A stretch of DNA of 37,840 bases from Candidatus Eiseniibacteriota bacterium (GCA_034440375.1 JAWXBZ010000215.1:1-37840), one strand, 5' to 3'. Shown: positions 17,529 to 28,049, counted from the first letter of the stretch. The notes: generated by a model from the letters alone, not told the origin. Translations and numbers: made by a program.

Positions 17529-18277
17529 CCGTCCAGCGCTTCCGAAAGGTCGGTGACGTCGTTGCCGCCGGTCATCTCCAGGAAAATCTCCTCGAGGCTC
17601 ATCTCACCCATCCGCTCCGTCAATTCGGCCATCGTGCCCGTGGCCAGGAGCTTCCCTTTCGCCAGGATGGCCACCCGGTCGCAGAGACGCTCGGCGATTT
17701 CGAGGATATGTGTCGACAGAACGATGGTGATGCCCCGACCGGCCAGGTGGCGCAGGAGCAGCTTGAGCGTCCGGGCGCCGCGCGGGTCAAGCCCGACTGT
17801 CGGTTCATCGAGGAAGAGCAGGCGCGGTTCGTGGACCAGCGCGCCGGCCAGCGCCACCTTCTGTTTCATCCCATGCGAAAGACTCTCGATCAGGAAGTCG
17901 CCCCGGCCATCCAGTTCGAAGAGATGCAGCAGGCGCTGGGTACGTCCCCGGATCGTGTCGGCGGCGACGCCGTACAGTTCGCCGCTGAAGCGAAGGAATT
18001 CCACCGGCGTCAGTTTTTCGTAGAGATGGGGTTCGTCCGCCACGTAGCCGATCAGCCGGCGCGCCGCGCTCGGTTCCTTCTCAAGATCGTGGCCGCCCAC
18101 CTGGACCGACCCTTCGCTGGGACGCAGGAGTCCGGTCATCAACTTGATCGTTGTGGTCTTGCCGGCGCCGTTGGGGCCAAGCAGGCCGAAGATCTGACCC
18201 GGGGCAATGTGGAGATCGAGATGATCCACGGCGAGGAGCGAACCGTAGCGACGGGTGAGGCCCTGCGCGCGCAACAT
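17525..18277 (-). CDS. ABC transporter ATP-binding protein
   Basis: [32 protein letters not shown]. Confidence 0.95.
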   Translation of the reverse strand: MLRAQGLTRRYGSLLAVDHLDLHIAPGQIFGLLGPNGAGKTTTIKLMTGLLRPSEGSVQVGGHDLEKEPSAARRLIGYVADEPHLYEKLTPVEFLRFSGELYGVAADTIRGRTQRLLHLFELDGRGDFLIESLSHGMKQKVALAGALVHEPRLLFLDEPTVGLDPRGARTLKLLLRHLAGRGITIVLSTHILEIAERLCDRVAILAKGKLLATGTMAELTERMGEMSLEEIFLEMTGGNDVTDLSEALDG

Positions 18278-18328
18278 AGGTGAGGCTAAGACTAGCAGAA
18301 GGGATTGAGCTTGCCATCGGAGGCAAAT

Positions 18329-20511
18329 TTATCCGACAAGGGCTGGTGCCGCTCCCTTGAGCCGGATCGTCGTTCCTCCCCATGCCGCATAGGCCGGATC
18401 ATGACTGAACAGGAGCATCTGCCGGCCGCGGGCCACCTCCCCCTCGAATGTCTTTCGGATCAGATCAAGGCGCACCGCGTCGCAATTGACGAGCACGTCG
18501 TCAACGAGAAGCGGGGGGCCGGCATCGCCAAAGATGCTGTCGACAAGGGCCAGGCGCAGCGACAGGTGAAGCTGGTCCCGCGTCCCCTGGCTCAATGATT
18601 CCGAATCAAAGGACCGCCCGTCGTCATCCACCACGTGAGGGACGAAATCCGAGTCCAGCGTGAGCTGTTTCCAGCGGCCGCCCGTGATCCGGTTCATCGG
18701 CTCGGCGGCCTTGCCGGCCAGTCGCTCGAGATGTCCTTCCTGGAACTCCGCCACGGACTGACGCAAAACATCCACCGCCATCCGGAAGGCGTTCCGTCGA
18801 AATTGGAGGGCGGTCAGTCGCTCGCGGCACTCCGCCAGCTCGTCTTCCAGGCACTCGGCATCATCGACCTGCCCCCCTTCCTGGCGGGCCCGGCGCAGCT
18901 TCAGCGCCTCGAGACGCCCCGACTCCCCCTGCTCCTCGGCCAGCAGGGCCTCGCGCTCCTGGCGCAGCTGCTCAACCTGCAGCGACACATCCTGCATGTT
19001 CTGATCCGCGTTGGCCAGGTAAGGCGATCGGGCAATCAGGTCGCGGGCCCGTGCATCGGCCAGCTTCAATTTCTGAAAAACTGTGTCGTAGTCAGCCTCG
19101 ACCGTGGCCAGCGGCCGGTGGCTGTCCCGAATCTGCTCGTGGCGCGAGACGAGATCGGCCAGTTCACCGTACTGCCGCCACTCTTCCATGATTTCCGACA
19201 GGCGGCGATTTCCGATCCTCGGGCGAATGTCGGCATCCAGCCGGGCCATTTCCTCCCGTTGTGATTCGAGACGCGATTCCATCTCCAGGGCGGACGTTTC
19301 CAGCCGGATCCGTTCCCGCTCGCGCCCCTTGCCGAGAGGAAGTAGAGGCCGACAATCGAGAGCACGCCGACAACCAGGCCGATGGCCGGACTGGCCCAAC
19401 CGACGCCCGCACCCCACATGGCCAGGGAGGTGACGAGGACGACGGCACCGCCAATGATGAAGCTTCGCCTGGTCTGGCTTGGCCAGGGATCGGCGGCCAG
19501 CTCGGCCTGCCGACGGCGGTGCTCGTCGGCCAGGGCCGCCACATCCCGTTCCATCGTCGACAGGTTTCGAAGGTTCTCGCCGAATTCAGGCCCCGCACCG
19601 CGGAAGTGGCCCAGTCGGGCGTCGATGTCGGCCTGCGCGCGACGGCACTCGGCATCGAAGCCCTTCACCTTTTCTTTTTCATCGCGCAGAACGCTGAGCC
19701 GCTTTTCCAGTTCACTGCGTTCGCGATTGAGCTCGAAGAACTCCCGGAAGCTGTCGAAGAGCAGGCCCTTCTGCTCCCGCTCCTGTTTGAACCGGGCCAG
19801 CGCGGCCACCGACGATTCCACCTCGGCCAGCAGCGATCCCCCCTGGTGGAGCGAGGTCCGGGCCCGTTCGAGGCGCGTACGAAGGGCGATGATCCGTTCC
19901 TCCAGCTCCTCGATTTCCCGCGGGCGGTTTTTCTTCCGGTTGCCCCAGGGATTCTCCCGCGTCAGTCCGAAGAACCGATCCTCGAGCCGGGTCAGCACGG
20001 TGTCGTAATCTCCCTGCTGACTTCCCGAAAGAAGTTGCCGAATCGTCTCGTCGATGGATGTCTCCATCTCACCCTGGCGGATGACCAGTGTGCGCTGGAA
20101 CAAACCGCGGTCGGTGACGGCGAGACAGCCCTCGAGGACCTCGAGATATGCCGCCAGATCATCCGTCCTCCCCCGCGGATTGGCGTCCCCCTGGTACAGG
20201 ACGTTGCTGTCCTTTCCCCGCCGGCGGGTCACGCTCACCTGGTGGCCGTCGAAATCGCGGCAGATCTTCCAGTACTCGTCGCCACGGACCAGGTCGACTT
20301 CGCCGCGAAAATGACGCCCGGCGCGCGGTCGGAAACGATCCTCGGTTGCCTTGTCCTCGAAGCCGAAGAGAATGGCCATGATCGATTCCTGCATCGTCGA
20401 CTTGCCGCTCTCATTCGGCCCCTGGATGACATTGAGGCCGGGGCCAAAAGACCATTCCACCGGCCCCGCAAAGCGGCCGAAGCCGTCCAGTTGAAGTCGC
20501 TCAATCCTCAT
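18329..20511 (-). pseudogene. YhaN/SbcC-like (Rad50/SMC-type) ATPase with central TM hairpin, split by a 1-nt frameshift near 19325-19328
   Basis: N-half: MRIERLQLDGFGRF, GPNESGKST, coiled coil, TM helices. C-half in another frame: coiled coil, LSQGTRDQL, LLVDD, FSHD. One extra G in a G4 run fuses them into 727 aa. Confidence 0.85.
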
Positions 20512-21646
20512 CCCGCACCTCCCCGGCACCAAATTCAGCCAGCCCGGCCCGGAGCGCGGCCATGACCAGCGGACGGTCTGCTTCCGGGCCGCCGGACAGG
20601 CGCTCCTGCATCTTGCGGACGAACAGGCCGCGCACCGTGTGTTCGGAAGCAAGACGCGACGCCAGACGTTCGTCGACGGTCAGCGACTGGTCCTCGATGT
20701 CGAGATGGAAAAACTGATTGGCCGCGCGGGATCGGATGACCGAAGCGTCGAAGCCGGCCGGGGCATGACCTGTCAGGGTCAACCGCACGATCCGGTCGAG
20801 GCCGGCCAGTTCCTCGAGCCGTTTCACAAGGCCCAGGTCGGCCTGGCCGGCCCGATCGAGATCGAAAATCTCGTCGATGATCCGGCGGCCCGGATAGGGG
20901 GAGCGCTCAACGGCGACCCCCACGTCCGTAAGATCGACGGTCACGAAGGAGCGCTCGCCCGACTCGCTGTACTTGAGCCCTTCCAGCGTCCCCGGGTAGG
21001 TGGCCAGGGTATCGCCAAACCACTTTTCGAGAAAGTTGTGATAGTGCCCGAGCGCGAGGAGATCCAGGCCCGATCCCGCCAGTTCCGCGGTCGGAATCGC
21101 CAGGTCCCGTCGGCGAAACTCCCATTCGGGACTTGCCGGCAGCGACCCATGAACCATGCCGATGTGCAGGCCGGGTCCGGCGGTTTCGTCGCGTCGCATA
21201 TGGAGCAGCGGATCGGCCGGAGTGCGCGCCGGATCAAAGGCCAGTCCGTACAGGTGGACCGGCCGGCCGGCCGCCTGGATCGTCGTCCGTGAGACGCCGG
21301 GCGAGGTGATCAGAACCAGAGACGATGGAAATCGCCCCGAGCGCCAGACGCTGTCAGCGTAACCATAGCCGTCATGCGTGCCCGGAATGGCCGCAACCGG
21401 CAAATCGGCCAGGGCCAGGCGCGTCAATTCCCGCTGTACCAGATCGACCAGCGCGTCCGACGGGGCATGCGTATCGAAGATATCGCCCAGCAGAAGGACA
21501 AGGTCGATTTTCTGATCGGGGCGCAGCGCGAAATCAACGAAGCGGCTGAAGGCCCGATTCAAGTCCTCACGACGGGCGGCCGACTGTCCGCCGAGCCAAC
21601 CCATCGTCGCGCCGAGGTGAAAGTCGGCACCGAGAAGGATCCTCAT
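20501..21646 (-). CDS. Mre11/SbcD/YhaO-family DNA-repair exonuclease
   Basis: ADFHLG, GDIFD, PGTHD, VHG, LGHYH, YPGTLEG; overlaps the ATPase start. Confidence 0.9.
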   Translation of the reverse strand: MRILLGADFHLGATMGWLGGQSAARREDLNRAFSRFVDFALRPDQKIDLVLLLGDIFDTHAPSDALVDLVQRELTRLALADLPVAAIPGTHDGYGYADSVWRSGRFPSSLVLITSPGVSRTTIQAAGRPVHLYGLAFDPARTPADPLLHMRRDETAGPGLHIGMVHGSLPASPEWEFRRRDLAIPTAELAGSGLDLLALGHYHNFLEKWFGDTLATYPGTLEGLKYSESGERSFVTVDLTDVGVAVERSPYPGRRIIDEIFDLDRAGQADLGLVKRLEELAGLDRIVRLTLTGHAPAGFDASVIRSRAANQFFHLDIEDQSLTVDERLASRLASEHTVRGLFVRKMQERLSGGPEADRPLVMAALRAGLAEFGAGEVRDED

Positions 21647-21906
21647 CCGCGACCCCGGGATTCACAGGGCGGCTTCTCCGTGTCGTCCGCGCCCGCCGAT
21701 TCGTCGACGACTTCCGTCTCGTCCGTCCAATCATCCAGCACGCCGCCACCCTCCTCGTCCATTCGGTCCGTTTCCTCGTCGATGATCGGCTCGTCGGGAT
21801 ACTTTGTCCGGCGATGGTACGCCGACCGTTCATCATGCCGGCGTGTCTCCGTGTTCATCTGGGGCCGCACCCGCGGTTTTGGTCCCCGAACCCTGCGTTC
21901 ATTCAT
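21643..21906 (-). CDS. Small protein with basic N-half and acidic C-half
   Basis: 87 aa; stop overlaps the exonuclease ATG (ATGA); fills the intergenic space. Confidence 0.5.
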   Translation of the reverse strand: MNERRVRGPKPRVRPQMNTETRRHDERSAYHRRTKYPDEPIIDEETDRMDEEGGGVLDDWTDETEVVDESAGADDTEKPPCESRGRG

Positions 21907-21973
21907 GGTCTTGCCAACCCTTGTTCACTGCTTCGGCGACCTCCTCGTGACGCCGCTTCGTCCCGTGCCCGGC

Positions 21974-22660
21974 TTATCGGGCCGGGGCGGCCCTTCGCTT
22001 TGCGCTGTACAGACCCGCCGCTACCAGGTAGCCGAACAGGAACCCGGCGATATGGGCCCACCAGGCCACCCCGCCGCTATCCGGCTTGACCATGGCCGAC
22101 TCGATGAGTCCCGACACGATCTGCAGACCAAACCATATCCCAAGAAAAAGCCGGGCTGGAAGCTCTGTTGTGTGGATAAAAAAGCCGAGCGGCACCAGCG
22201 TCAGGACACGGGCTCCGGGGTAAAGAAACCAGTAGGCCCCGAGTACCGACGCCACCGCTCCGCTGGCGCCAATCGTCGGAACCGTCGATGTGACGTTCGC
22301 CGCCAGATGCGCGGCGAAGGCGACGACGCCACCGCACAGGTAAAAGAGCAGGTAGCGGGCATGGCCAAACCGGTCCTCCACGTTGTCCCCGAAAATCCAG
22401 AGGAACAGCATGTTGCCGATCAGGTGCAGCCAGCCGCCGTGCAGAAACATCGAACTGAAGAACGGGATGAGCCCCTCCAGCCGACCGCTCGACACGGCCT
22501 TCACTATATCGACCGGAACAGCGCCGAACTCTTGCAGGAAGTGTCCCAGACCTTTCCCCAGCGACAGTTCGTAGAGAAAAAGCCCCGCATTCAGCGCGAC
22601 GAGAAGCACCGTCACGATCGGAAACGTGGTTGTTCGATTGGTATCTCGGAGCGGAAACAT
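21974..22660 (-). CDS. Rhomboid intramembrane serine protease
   Basis: MFLHGGWLHLIGNM, GDNVED, GASGA, AHIAGF. Confidence 0.94.
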   Translation of the reverse strand: MFPLRDTNRTTTFPIVTVLLVALNAGLFLYELSLGKGLGHFLQEFGAVPVDIVKAVSSGRLEGLIPFFSSMFLHGGWLHLIGNMLFLWIFGDNVEDRFGHARYLLFYLCGGVVAFAAHLAANVTSTVPTIGASGAVASVLGAYWFLYPGARVLTLVPLGFFIHTTELPARLFLGIWFGLQIVSGLIESAMVKPDSGGVAWWAHIAGFLFGYLVAAGLYSAKRRAAPAR

Positions 22661-22685
22661 TTGTAAACCTCTAACACTACGCGAC

Positions 22686-24017
22686 TTAAGCGTTCATCCC
22701 GCTCTGCGCGGCACGGATCTCACGACTGAGTCCAAGCAGGGCCTCGTGAACCCGGGGGTCGTGGCTGACAATCAATCCTTCCTCGATCCGCCTGCCGGCT
22801 TCCAGGAGCCGGTCGAGCAGGAAGAGGATCCGGGCTGCCTTGAATTGCAGTCGCGCCCGATCCGGCGATGTGCCGAGCCCGCCCCGCCCCCCGGCGAAGT
22901 CATGGGCATCGACGGCCAGCGCCTGGTCCAGCAGCGAGAGCCCTTCCTCAGGATCACGCCGCGCCCGGTAGATGAGATCGGCCATTCGCTCGAGATAGAG
23001 GATATTCTGAGGCTCGAGGGCGATCGCCATCTTGAGATCGGATTCGGCCTCGTCAAGCCGATCCAGCGGCTCGAACAGTCCGGCTCGATTGAAGGCCAGG
23101 AAGGCCCGGTTCAGCGTTGGTTCGCTCATCAACTCCGTCACCAGCCGAATGGCGTCATCGGGTCGGCCCAGTTCCTGACGCAGGAAGACCCTCTCCAGGT
23201 GCAGGTCAAGGCTGTCCGGAGCGGGCGGGTGGCGGCGCGCCGCGGTCTCCAGCCGATCCAGCGCCTCCTCCGGTCGGCCGAGCCGGTCACGAAGGATTCG
23301 CGCTATTTCGAGGACCAGAATGACGCGATCGGGTGCTCGACGGTAGGCGGCTTCATACTGCTGGCAGGCCTCATCGCTCCGAGCAAGCCCCTCGAGAGCC
23401 TGGGCCATCAACTCGCGAACGACCCAGCTCTCCGGGCGAATCGCGTTTTCCCGTTCGAATGCCTCCAGCGCCAGGGCATGATCCCCGCTGCCCAGTCGGA
23501 CGAATCCAGACCGACCGTCGGCACCCAACGATTCAAAACGCCGGCGTTCGCCCTCCGGACGACCGAGCAGGCGTTCCTCGAAGTCCAGGTCCAATTCGGA
23601 GCTATGCCCGGCCGGTGGGGAGGATTGATCGGATCCCGAATCCGGTGCCAGGGAGGCAAAATGGGCCGCCTCGCCGCCGGTCCGTTCCGAGAGGGCGATC
23701 CGGCGCGCCGCCAGGATGGCCTCGTCCTCGGGATTCCGTGCGAAGCGCGACGCCTCACCCAGCAGCTCGAGCGCCTCGGCATGAAGCCGCCGCCGCCCGA
23801 GACTCTCCGCCTCGTCAAGCATCTGGCGGAAGGCCTGCCGGACGGCTTCCTCCTCCCGCTCCTTAAGCCGCTGCCGAAGCGGACCGGAGCGGGCGGTGGC
23901 GTGGGCCCGGCCATAGAACCAGGCCGCCTCGCGCCACTGTCCGGAAAGGCGCAGGGCGTCGCCCCGTTCTTCCATGACCTCGGCGGATTCGCCGAAGAGG
24001 GAACGAAAGAGGTTCAT
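22686..24017 (-). CDS. Tetratricopeptide-repeat protein
   Basis: Repeated helical TPR-like units such as EAESDLKMAIALEPQN. Confidence 0.75.
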   Translation of the reverse strand: MNLFRSLFGESAEVMEERGDALRLSGQWREAAWFYGRAHATARSGPLRQRLKEREEEAVRQAFRQMLDEAESLGRRRLHAEALELLGEASRFARNPEDEAILAARRIALSERTGGEAAHFASLAPDSGSDQSSPPAGHSSELDLDFEERLLGRPEGERRRFESLGADGRSGFVRLGSGDHALALEAFERENAIRPESWVVRELMAQALEGLARSDEACQQYEAAYRRAPDRVILVLEIARILRDRLGRPEEALDRLETAARRHPPAPDSLDLHLERVFLRQELGRPDDAIRLVTELMSEPTLNRAFLAFNRAGLFEPLDRLDEAESDLKMAIALEPQNILYLERMADLIYRARRDPEEGLSLLDQALAVDAHDFAGGRGGLGTSPDRARLQFKAARILFLLDRLLEAGRRIEEGLIVSHDPRVHEALLGLSREIRAAQSGMNA

Positions 24018-24676
24018 TGCCCACCGACCGTGAAGCGCGCCGAGACCAGGGTGTCCAGCCGAATCTCGATCTCATCCCCCGGCACGATTGGTCCGACACC
24101 TTCCGGCGTGCCGGTAAAAATCAGATCGCCCGGCATCAACGTGAAAATCGTGGACAGCCAGGCAATCGTGTCGTCGACGCGAAAGATCATCTGCGCCGTA
24201 TTGGCTGACTGGCGCACCGTACCGTTCAGGAGCAGCGACAGCTCGAGAGCATGGGGGTCCGGCACATCGGCCGCCCGGATGAATCGCGAGACTGGCGCCG
24301 AGCCGTCGAATCCCTTGGCCACCGCCCACGGAAGCCCTTTTGATTTCGCCATGGCCTGCACGTCGCGGGCGGTCAGATCGAGGCCGACACCGTAGCCAAC
24401 CACGTGTTCCATAGCGTCGGAAGGGACAATGTCCCGTCCCTCGCGGCCCAGCAGGACGACCATCTCGACCTCATGGTGGATGTCGCGGGAGAAGCCCGGC
24501 AGGATAATTGGCTCACCCACCTCGAGCAGCGCCGTGCTCGGTTTCAGAAATACGATCGGCTCGGTCGGCACGTCGCTCCCCATTTCCAGGGCATGCTCAC
24601 GGTAGTTGCGTCCGAGACAAAAAATCGTCCCCACCGCGATCTCGTCGCCAATTCCCTCAATCCGTACGCTCCCCAT
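24014..24676 (-). CDS. Fumarylacetoacetate hydrolase family protein
   Basis: CLGRNYREHA, FLKP, HHEVE, DLTARD, KGFDG, GDLIFTGTPEGVG. Confidence 0.93.
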   Translation of the reverse strand: MGSVRIEGIGDEIAVGTIFCLGRNYREHALEMGSDVPTEPIVFLKPSTALLEVGEPIILPGFSRDIHHEVEMVVLLGREGRDIVPSDAMEHVVGYGVGLDLTARDVQAMAKSKGLPWAVAKGFDGSAPVSRFIRAADVPDPHALELSLLLNGTVRQSANTAQMIFRVDDTIAWLSTIFTLMPGDLIFTGTPEGVGPIVPGDEIEIRLDTLVSARFTVGGQ

Positions 24677-25640
24677 CGTTCCTTTCCACGGGCGCCTCAC
24701 GGCGAAACCGTTGATCAATTCCCATTGCGATCGCTTCGTCTGTTTCCAGCGAACGAGCCAGCCCCGCCAGATCGAGATGCCCGCCCCGATACGCCATGAC
24801 CGCCAGCGTGATGTAGCGATCCGAGAGGCCGGTGCCGGCATGCGGCCCCGTGTCAGCGTCCATTGTCCCCTCATCAGCCACAGCCGGATCGGGTTGCAGC
24901 TCTGCCACGAGCGGGGCGATTTGTGCGGTCGTTATCCGTCCACCGGCCAGCAGTCGGCCAAGTATCGCCCGGGGGTCGGCATCAAAGTATATCTGCAACT
25001 GGCGGACCAGTTTCGCCGGCACCGGATTCAACAAATTCTTTGAGACAGCCGAGAGATATCGGGTCAACGCCTTCTCCGGCACCAGAAACGCTCCGGCAAA
25101 TCCGTGCGCCCGAAGCTCCTCCGCGGAATCACCACCACCCCCGAGCCGGCAGGTCCACGTGCGCCAGGGATCGTGATCGGCAAGATAGTGGCCGTAGCCA
25201 TGAGCCAGCGCGTAGTCGCGCGCGTGGGGCGAGGCCGTCGCGTCGATGAGAATGGCGGGGCCGGTATCGGCATGAAACAGGAAGGCCGACAGGAGGCCGC
25301 TCGCAGCGGGAAACGGCAGGGTGATGACCTTGACCCCCTGGTCCTCGATCATTCGCTCGAGGCGGTCGATGTCGGCCGGATCGGCGCCCAGCCGGTCGCG
25401 TTCCCGCTCGGCCAGGGTGATCCCATGCGCCAGGTCGTCATCGACATGCGGCTTCCCGTCCAGCAGATGGGATGGAAACGAGAGCGGCACCGAACCAAGG
25501 ACAACTCGTTCCAGCGCGGCGTGACGAATTCCGATCGTCACGAATCGCGTAAAGAGCGGTGCCAGTCGATCGGCGTCGAGGCCGTTCTCCCCGGCCCGCC
25601 GAAGGAGGTCGACCAGCGGGTCCACGACGGCAATGGTCAT
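24657..25640 (-). CDS. ImmA/IrrE (peptidase M78)-like protein with degenerate active site and no N-terminal HTH
   Basis: AERERDRLG, IEDQGVKV, PAILID, RDYALAHGYGH, EELRAHGFAGAFLVP, YRGGHLDLAGLARSL. Confidence 0.8.
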   Translation of the reverse strand: MTIAVVDPLVDLLRRAGENGLDADRLAPLFTRFVTIGIRHAALERVVLGSVPLSFPSHLLDGKPHVDDDLAHGITLAERERDRLGADPADIDRLERMIEDQGVKVITLPFPAASGLLSAFLFHADTGPAILIDATASPHARDYALAHGYGHYLADHDPWRTWTCRLGGGGDSAEELRAHGFAGAFLVPEKALTRYLSAVSKNLLNPVPAKLVRQLQIYFDADPRAILGRLLAGGRITTAQIAPLVAELQPDPAVADEGTMDADTGPHAGTGLSDRYITLAVMAYRGGHLDLAGLARSLETDEAIAMGIDQRFRREAPVERNDGERTD

Positions 25641-25656
25641 GGCGTCCCCCCCGCGC

Positions 25657-26886
25657 TCATCGAATGACCCGGATGAGGCGGCCGGCATCCAGGTCGACGA
25701 TCGCGAGCGCCACGAGACCCGGATGCTCCGGATCATCAAACGTCACGCAGGCCGTGGCGCCGTCGGGTGTCACGGCAACGCTTCCGGGCCGATCGAACGG
25801 AATGCCGATGAATCCAACGATGGAAAGAAAATCGAGCGACACCACATACAACCCGCGCCGCGCCGCAAGCACCAGCCGATTGCCCGCATGGGCAATGTCG
25901 CTGACCGGCTCCGGCAGATCGAGCCAGCCGATTTCTCGCCCCAGCCGGGGATCGATTTCGATGAGGCCCGTCCCGCGATTCCGATCGTGGGAGGCGATTC
26001 CGACCGCCACGACACCGCGCGGCGAGGGGACAAGGCCGATGAAATCCAGTTGTTCCTTCAGCGTCACCTGATCCAACACGCCGAGCGTGTCCGGATCGAG
26101 CCGGGCGAGAAAGGTGCCGCGCGCCACGGAAGTGGAAGGTGGGTCAAAGTCCGACGAGGGCTCGTCGTTCGAAAGCAAAGCCAGAAGCCATCGTTCCCGG
26201 GCATCGTAGAGGAGCCCGTCGTTGTGGACACCAATCGGCAAACTTCCAAGACGACGCTTATCCAACACGTCCTGGCTGTAGAGATCGATTCGCGACAGCG
26301 AGGCCCCGCCCGGCAGTTCGGGTCCGGCCGTGTCGAGCGTGTAATACCAGCCGCGATCCGCGCGCAGAGCCACGCCGCGCGAGTAGGCACCCGGTCGGAG
26401 CGGAATCGGCGGCGCCCCGAGCTCGGGCCCGAATTCAACCTCCAGCAGGGCCCGGGCCAGCGGCACCCGACCGAAGTTCGCGGCATCGACCGTGCTGGAC
26501 AGCGCGTAAAGGATCGCCCCGTCGCGCCGAAAGTCCAGGCTCTCGAACGTGATTCCCTCGCCGAAATCGAGGACGGCTTCGATCGACCCTTCCGGCAGGC
26601 GGACGACCGTCATCGCGCCCGGGCTGCCGGTCGGCGCGATGAGGCGGGTCCCGGAAGGGTTGATCGCCAGGTCGCCCGGACCGAAGAGCCGGTCCCGAAA
26701 GAGGCTTAACTGGGCCCCGTCGTAGCGCGTGAATCCATGGAACGGCCAGTTCACCGGGGCACCCGGCGCTCTACCGCCAGGTCCGGGGGCGGTCGTGGCA
26801 CATCCGGTCAGGAGTGCGGCCAGAACGATCGTCGAAAGATGGGGACCGAGCCTTGAAATGCCGGGTCGAGCCAGGGTCGGGTTCAT
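25657..26886 (-). CDS. Lipoprotein with YncE-like beta-propeller
   Basis: Lipobox LTGC; blade-like repeats PGDLAINPSG, LDFRRDG, PGSVAVTPDG. Confidence 0.75.
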   Translation of the reverse strand: MNPTLARPGISRLGPHLSTIVLAALLTGCATTAPGPGGRAPGAPVNWPFHGFTRYDGAQLSLFRDRLFGPGDLAINPSGTRLIAPTGSPGAMTVVRLPEGSIEAVLDFGEGITFESLDFRRDGAILYALSSTVDAANFGRVPLARALLEVEFGPELGAPPIPLRPGAYSRGVALRADRGWYYTLDTAGPELPGGASLSRIDLYSQDVLDKRRLGSLPIGVHNDGLLYDARERWLLALLSNDEPSSDFDPPSTSVARGTFLARLDPDTLGVLDQVTLKEQLDFIGLVPSPRGVVAVGIASHDRNRGTGLIEIDPRLGREIGWLDLPEPVSDIAHAGNRLVLAARRGLYVVSLDFLSIVGFIGIPFDRPGSVAVTPDGATACVTFDDPEHPGLVALAIVDLDAGRLIRVIR

Positions 26887-28049
26887 CGCCGAATCTTGAC
26901 ACGGTCGAGCATGTGACTGACAGCCTCGTCGGTTCGTCCCACCGTGAATTGCTCCTCGACGCGCGTGCGGGCGGCCCGGGCGAGCGCCACACGGGCAACA
27001 CCCGGGTCGAGTGCCGTATCAATGACCGCTGCCAGGGCTCCGGCGTCGCCCGGCGGTGCCAGCCAGCCGCTTCGCCCATGCTCGATGATTTCCGGCGCCG
27101 CGCCATGGTCCGAGGCCACCACGGGCACACCGGCGGCCATCCCCTCGATCAGCACACGACCGAACGGTTCGGGTGCGGTCGAAGCATGCACCAGGAGATC
27201 GGCTTGGCGCAGTAGCGGCATGATGTCTGGCTGAAACCCGACGAACCGGATCCGTTCCGCGATCCCGAGATCGCCACCCATCCGTTCCCACTCGGCGCGA
27301 GCCGGGCCATCCCCGGCCACCACAGCCTGGATCGCCGGGCGCCTCGCCGAGAGGCGCGCGATGGCTTGGAGCAGGACCTCGGCCCCCTTCCATGCGGTGA
27401 GCCGCCCGAGGAAGAGGAGGCGCCCCCCCTCTTTCGGCACCAGAGCGGCGGGCTCCTGAAAGGGATAGTCGACGAGATCGATCCCGTCGTAGACCCGGAG
27501 GATCTGGTCGGGATCGAAGCCGGCACCCAGGTAGTAACGCCGCACCATCTCGGAAACGGCCGCTCCGAATTGAAGTCGCCGGCCGAAGGCCCGGTGCGGA
27601 GCACGCAGCGGCTGGAGTCCGCGAAGGGCGCACACCACGCCCAGGCCAAGGTCCGATCCGGCGGTGAGCGCGGCCAGGTTTAGCGGGAGGGCATTGTTTC
27701 CGTACACAACGTCGGGGCGAATGGCCTCGATCCGGTTCGTCCACTCTCGTACGTGGCGAGCATGATCCCGCCAGTGGGATTTGTAGAAAGAGAGGCGCCG
27801 GTAGAAGGCCGACTCCCGCAGGCTGCGGCTGGTCGAGTGTCCGTTCAACCGTGACTCCTGCCCCGGCGGGGCCTCGGATCCGTGGATGACCTCGATGCCG
27901 AGCCCGCGGAAACGATCACTCCAGGCGTTCGGCGAGGGAAACCAGGCCACACCCGTCACGCCCCGGGACTTCAGTCCTCGCATCATGTAATAGAGGCAGA
28001 TCGTCGAGCCCCCCACCCCGTGGCCTTCTTCGATGAAGAGGACTCGCAT
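26883..28049 (-). CDS. Glycosyltransferase family 4
   Basis: AVSE, GRLTAWKG, EPFGRVLIEGMAAGVPVVAS. Confidence 0.93.
   Translation of the reverse strand: MRVLFIEEGHGVGGSTICLYYMMRGLKSRGVTGVAWFPSPNAWSDRFRGLGIEVIHGSEAPPGQESRLNGHSTSRSLRESAFYRRLSFYKSHWRDHARHVREWTNRIEAIRPDVVYGNNALPLNLAALTAGSDLGLGVVCALRGLQPLRAPHRAFGRRLQFGAAVSEMVRRYYLGAGFDPDQILRVYDGIDLVDYPFQEPAALVPKEGGRLLFLGRLTAWKGAEVLLQAIARLSARRPAIQAVVAGDGPARAEWERMGGDLGIAERIRFVGFQPDIMPLLRQADLLVHASTAPEPFGRVLIEGMAAGVPVVASDHGAAPEIIEHGRSGWLAPPGDAGALAAVIDTALDPGVARVALARAARTRVEEQFTVGRTDEAVSHMLDRVKIRR

Noticed and set aside
22626-24395. 589-aa plus-strand ORF
   Set aside because: Shadow of the TPR and FAH genes; no recognisable domain.
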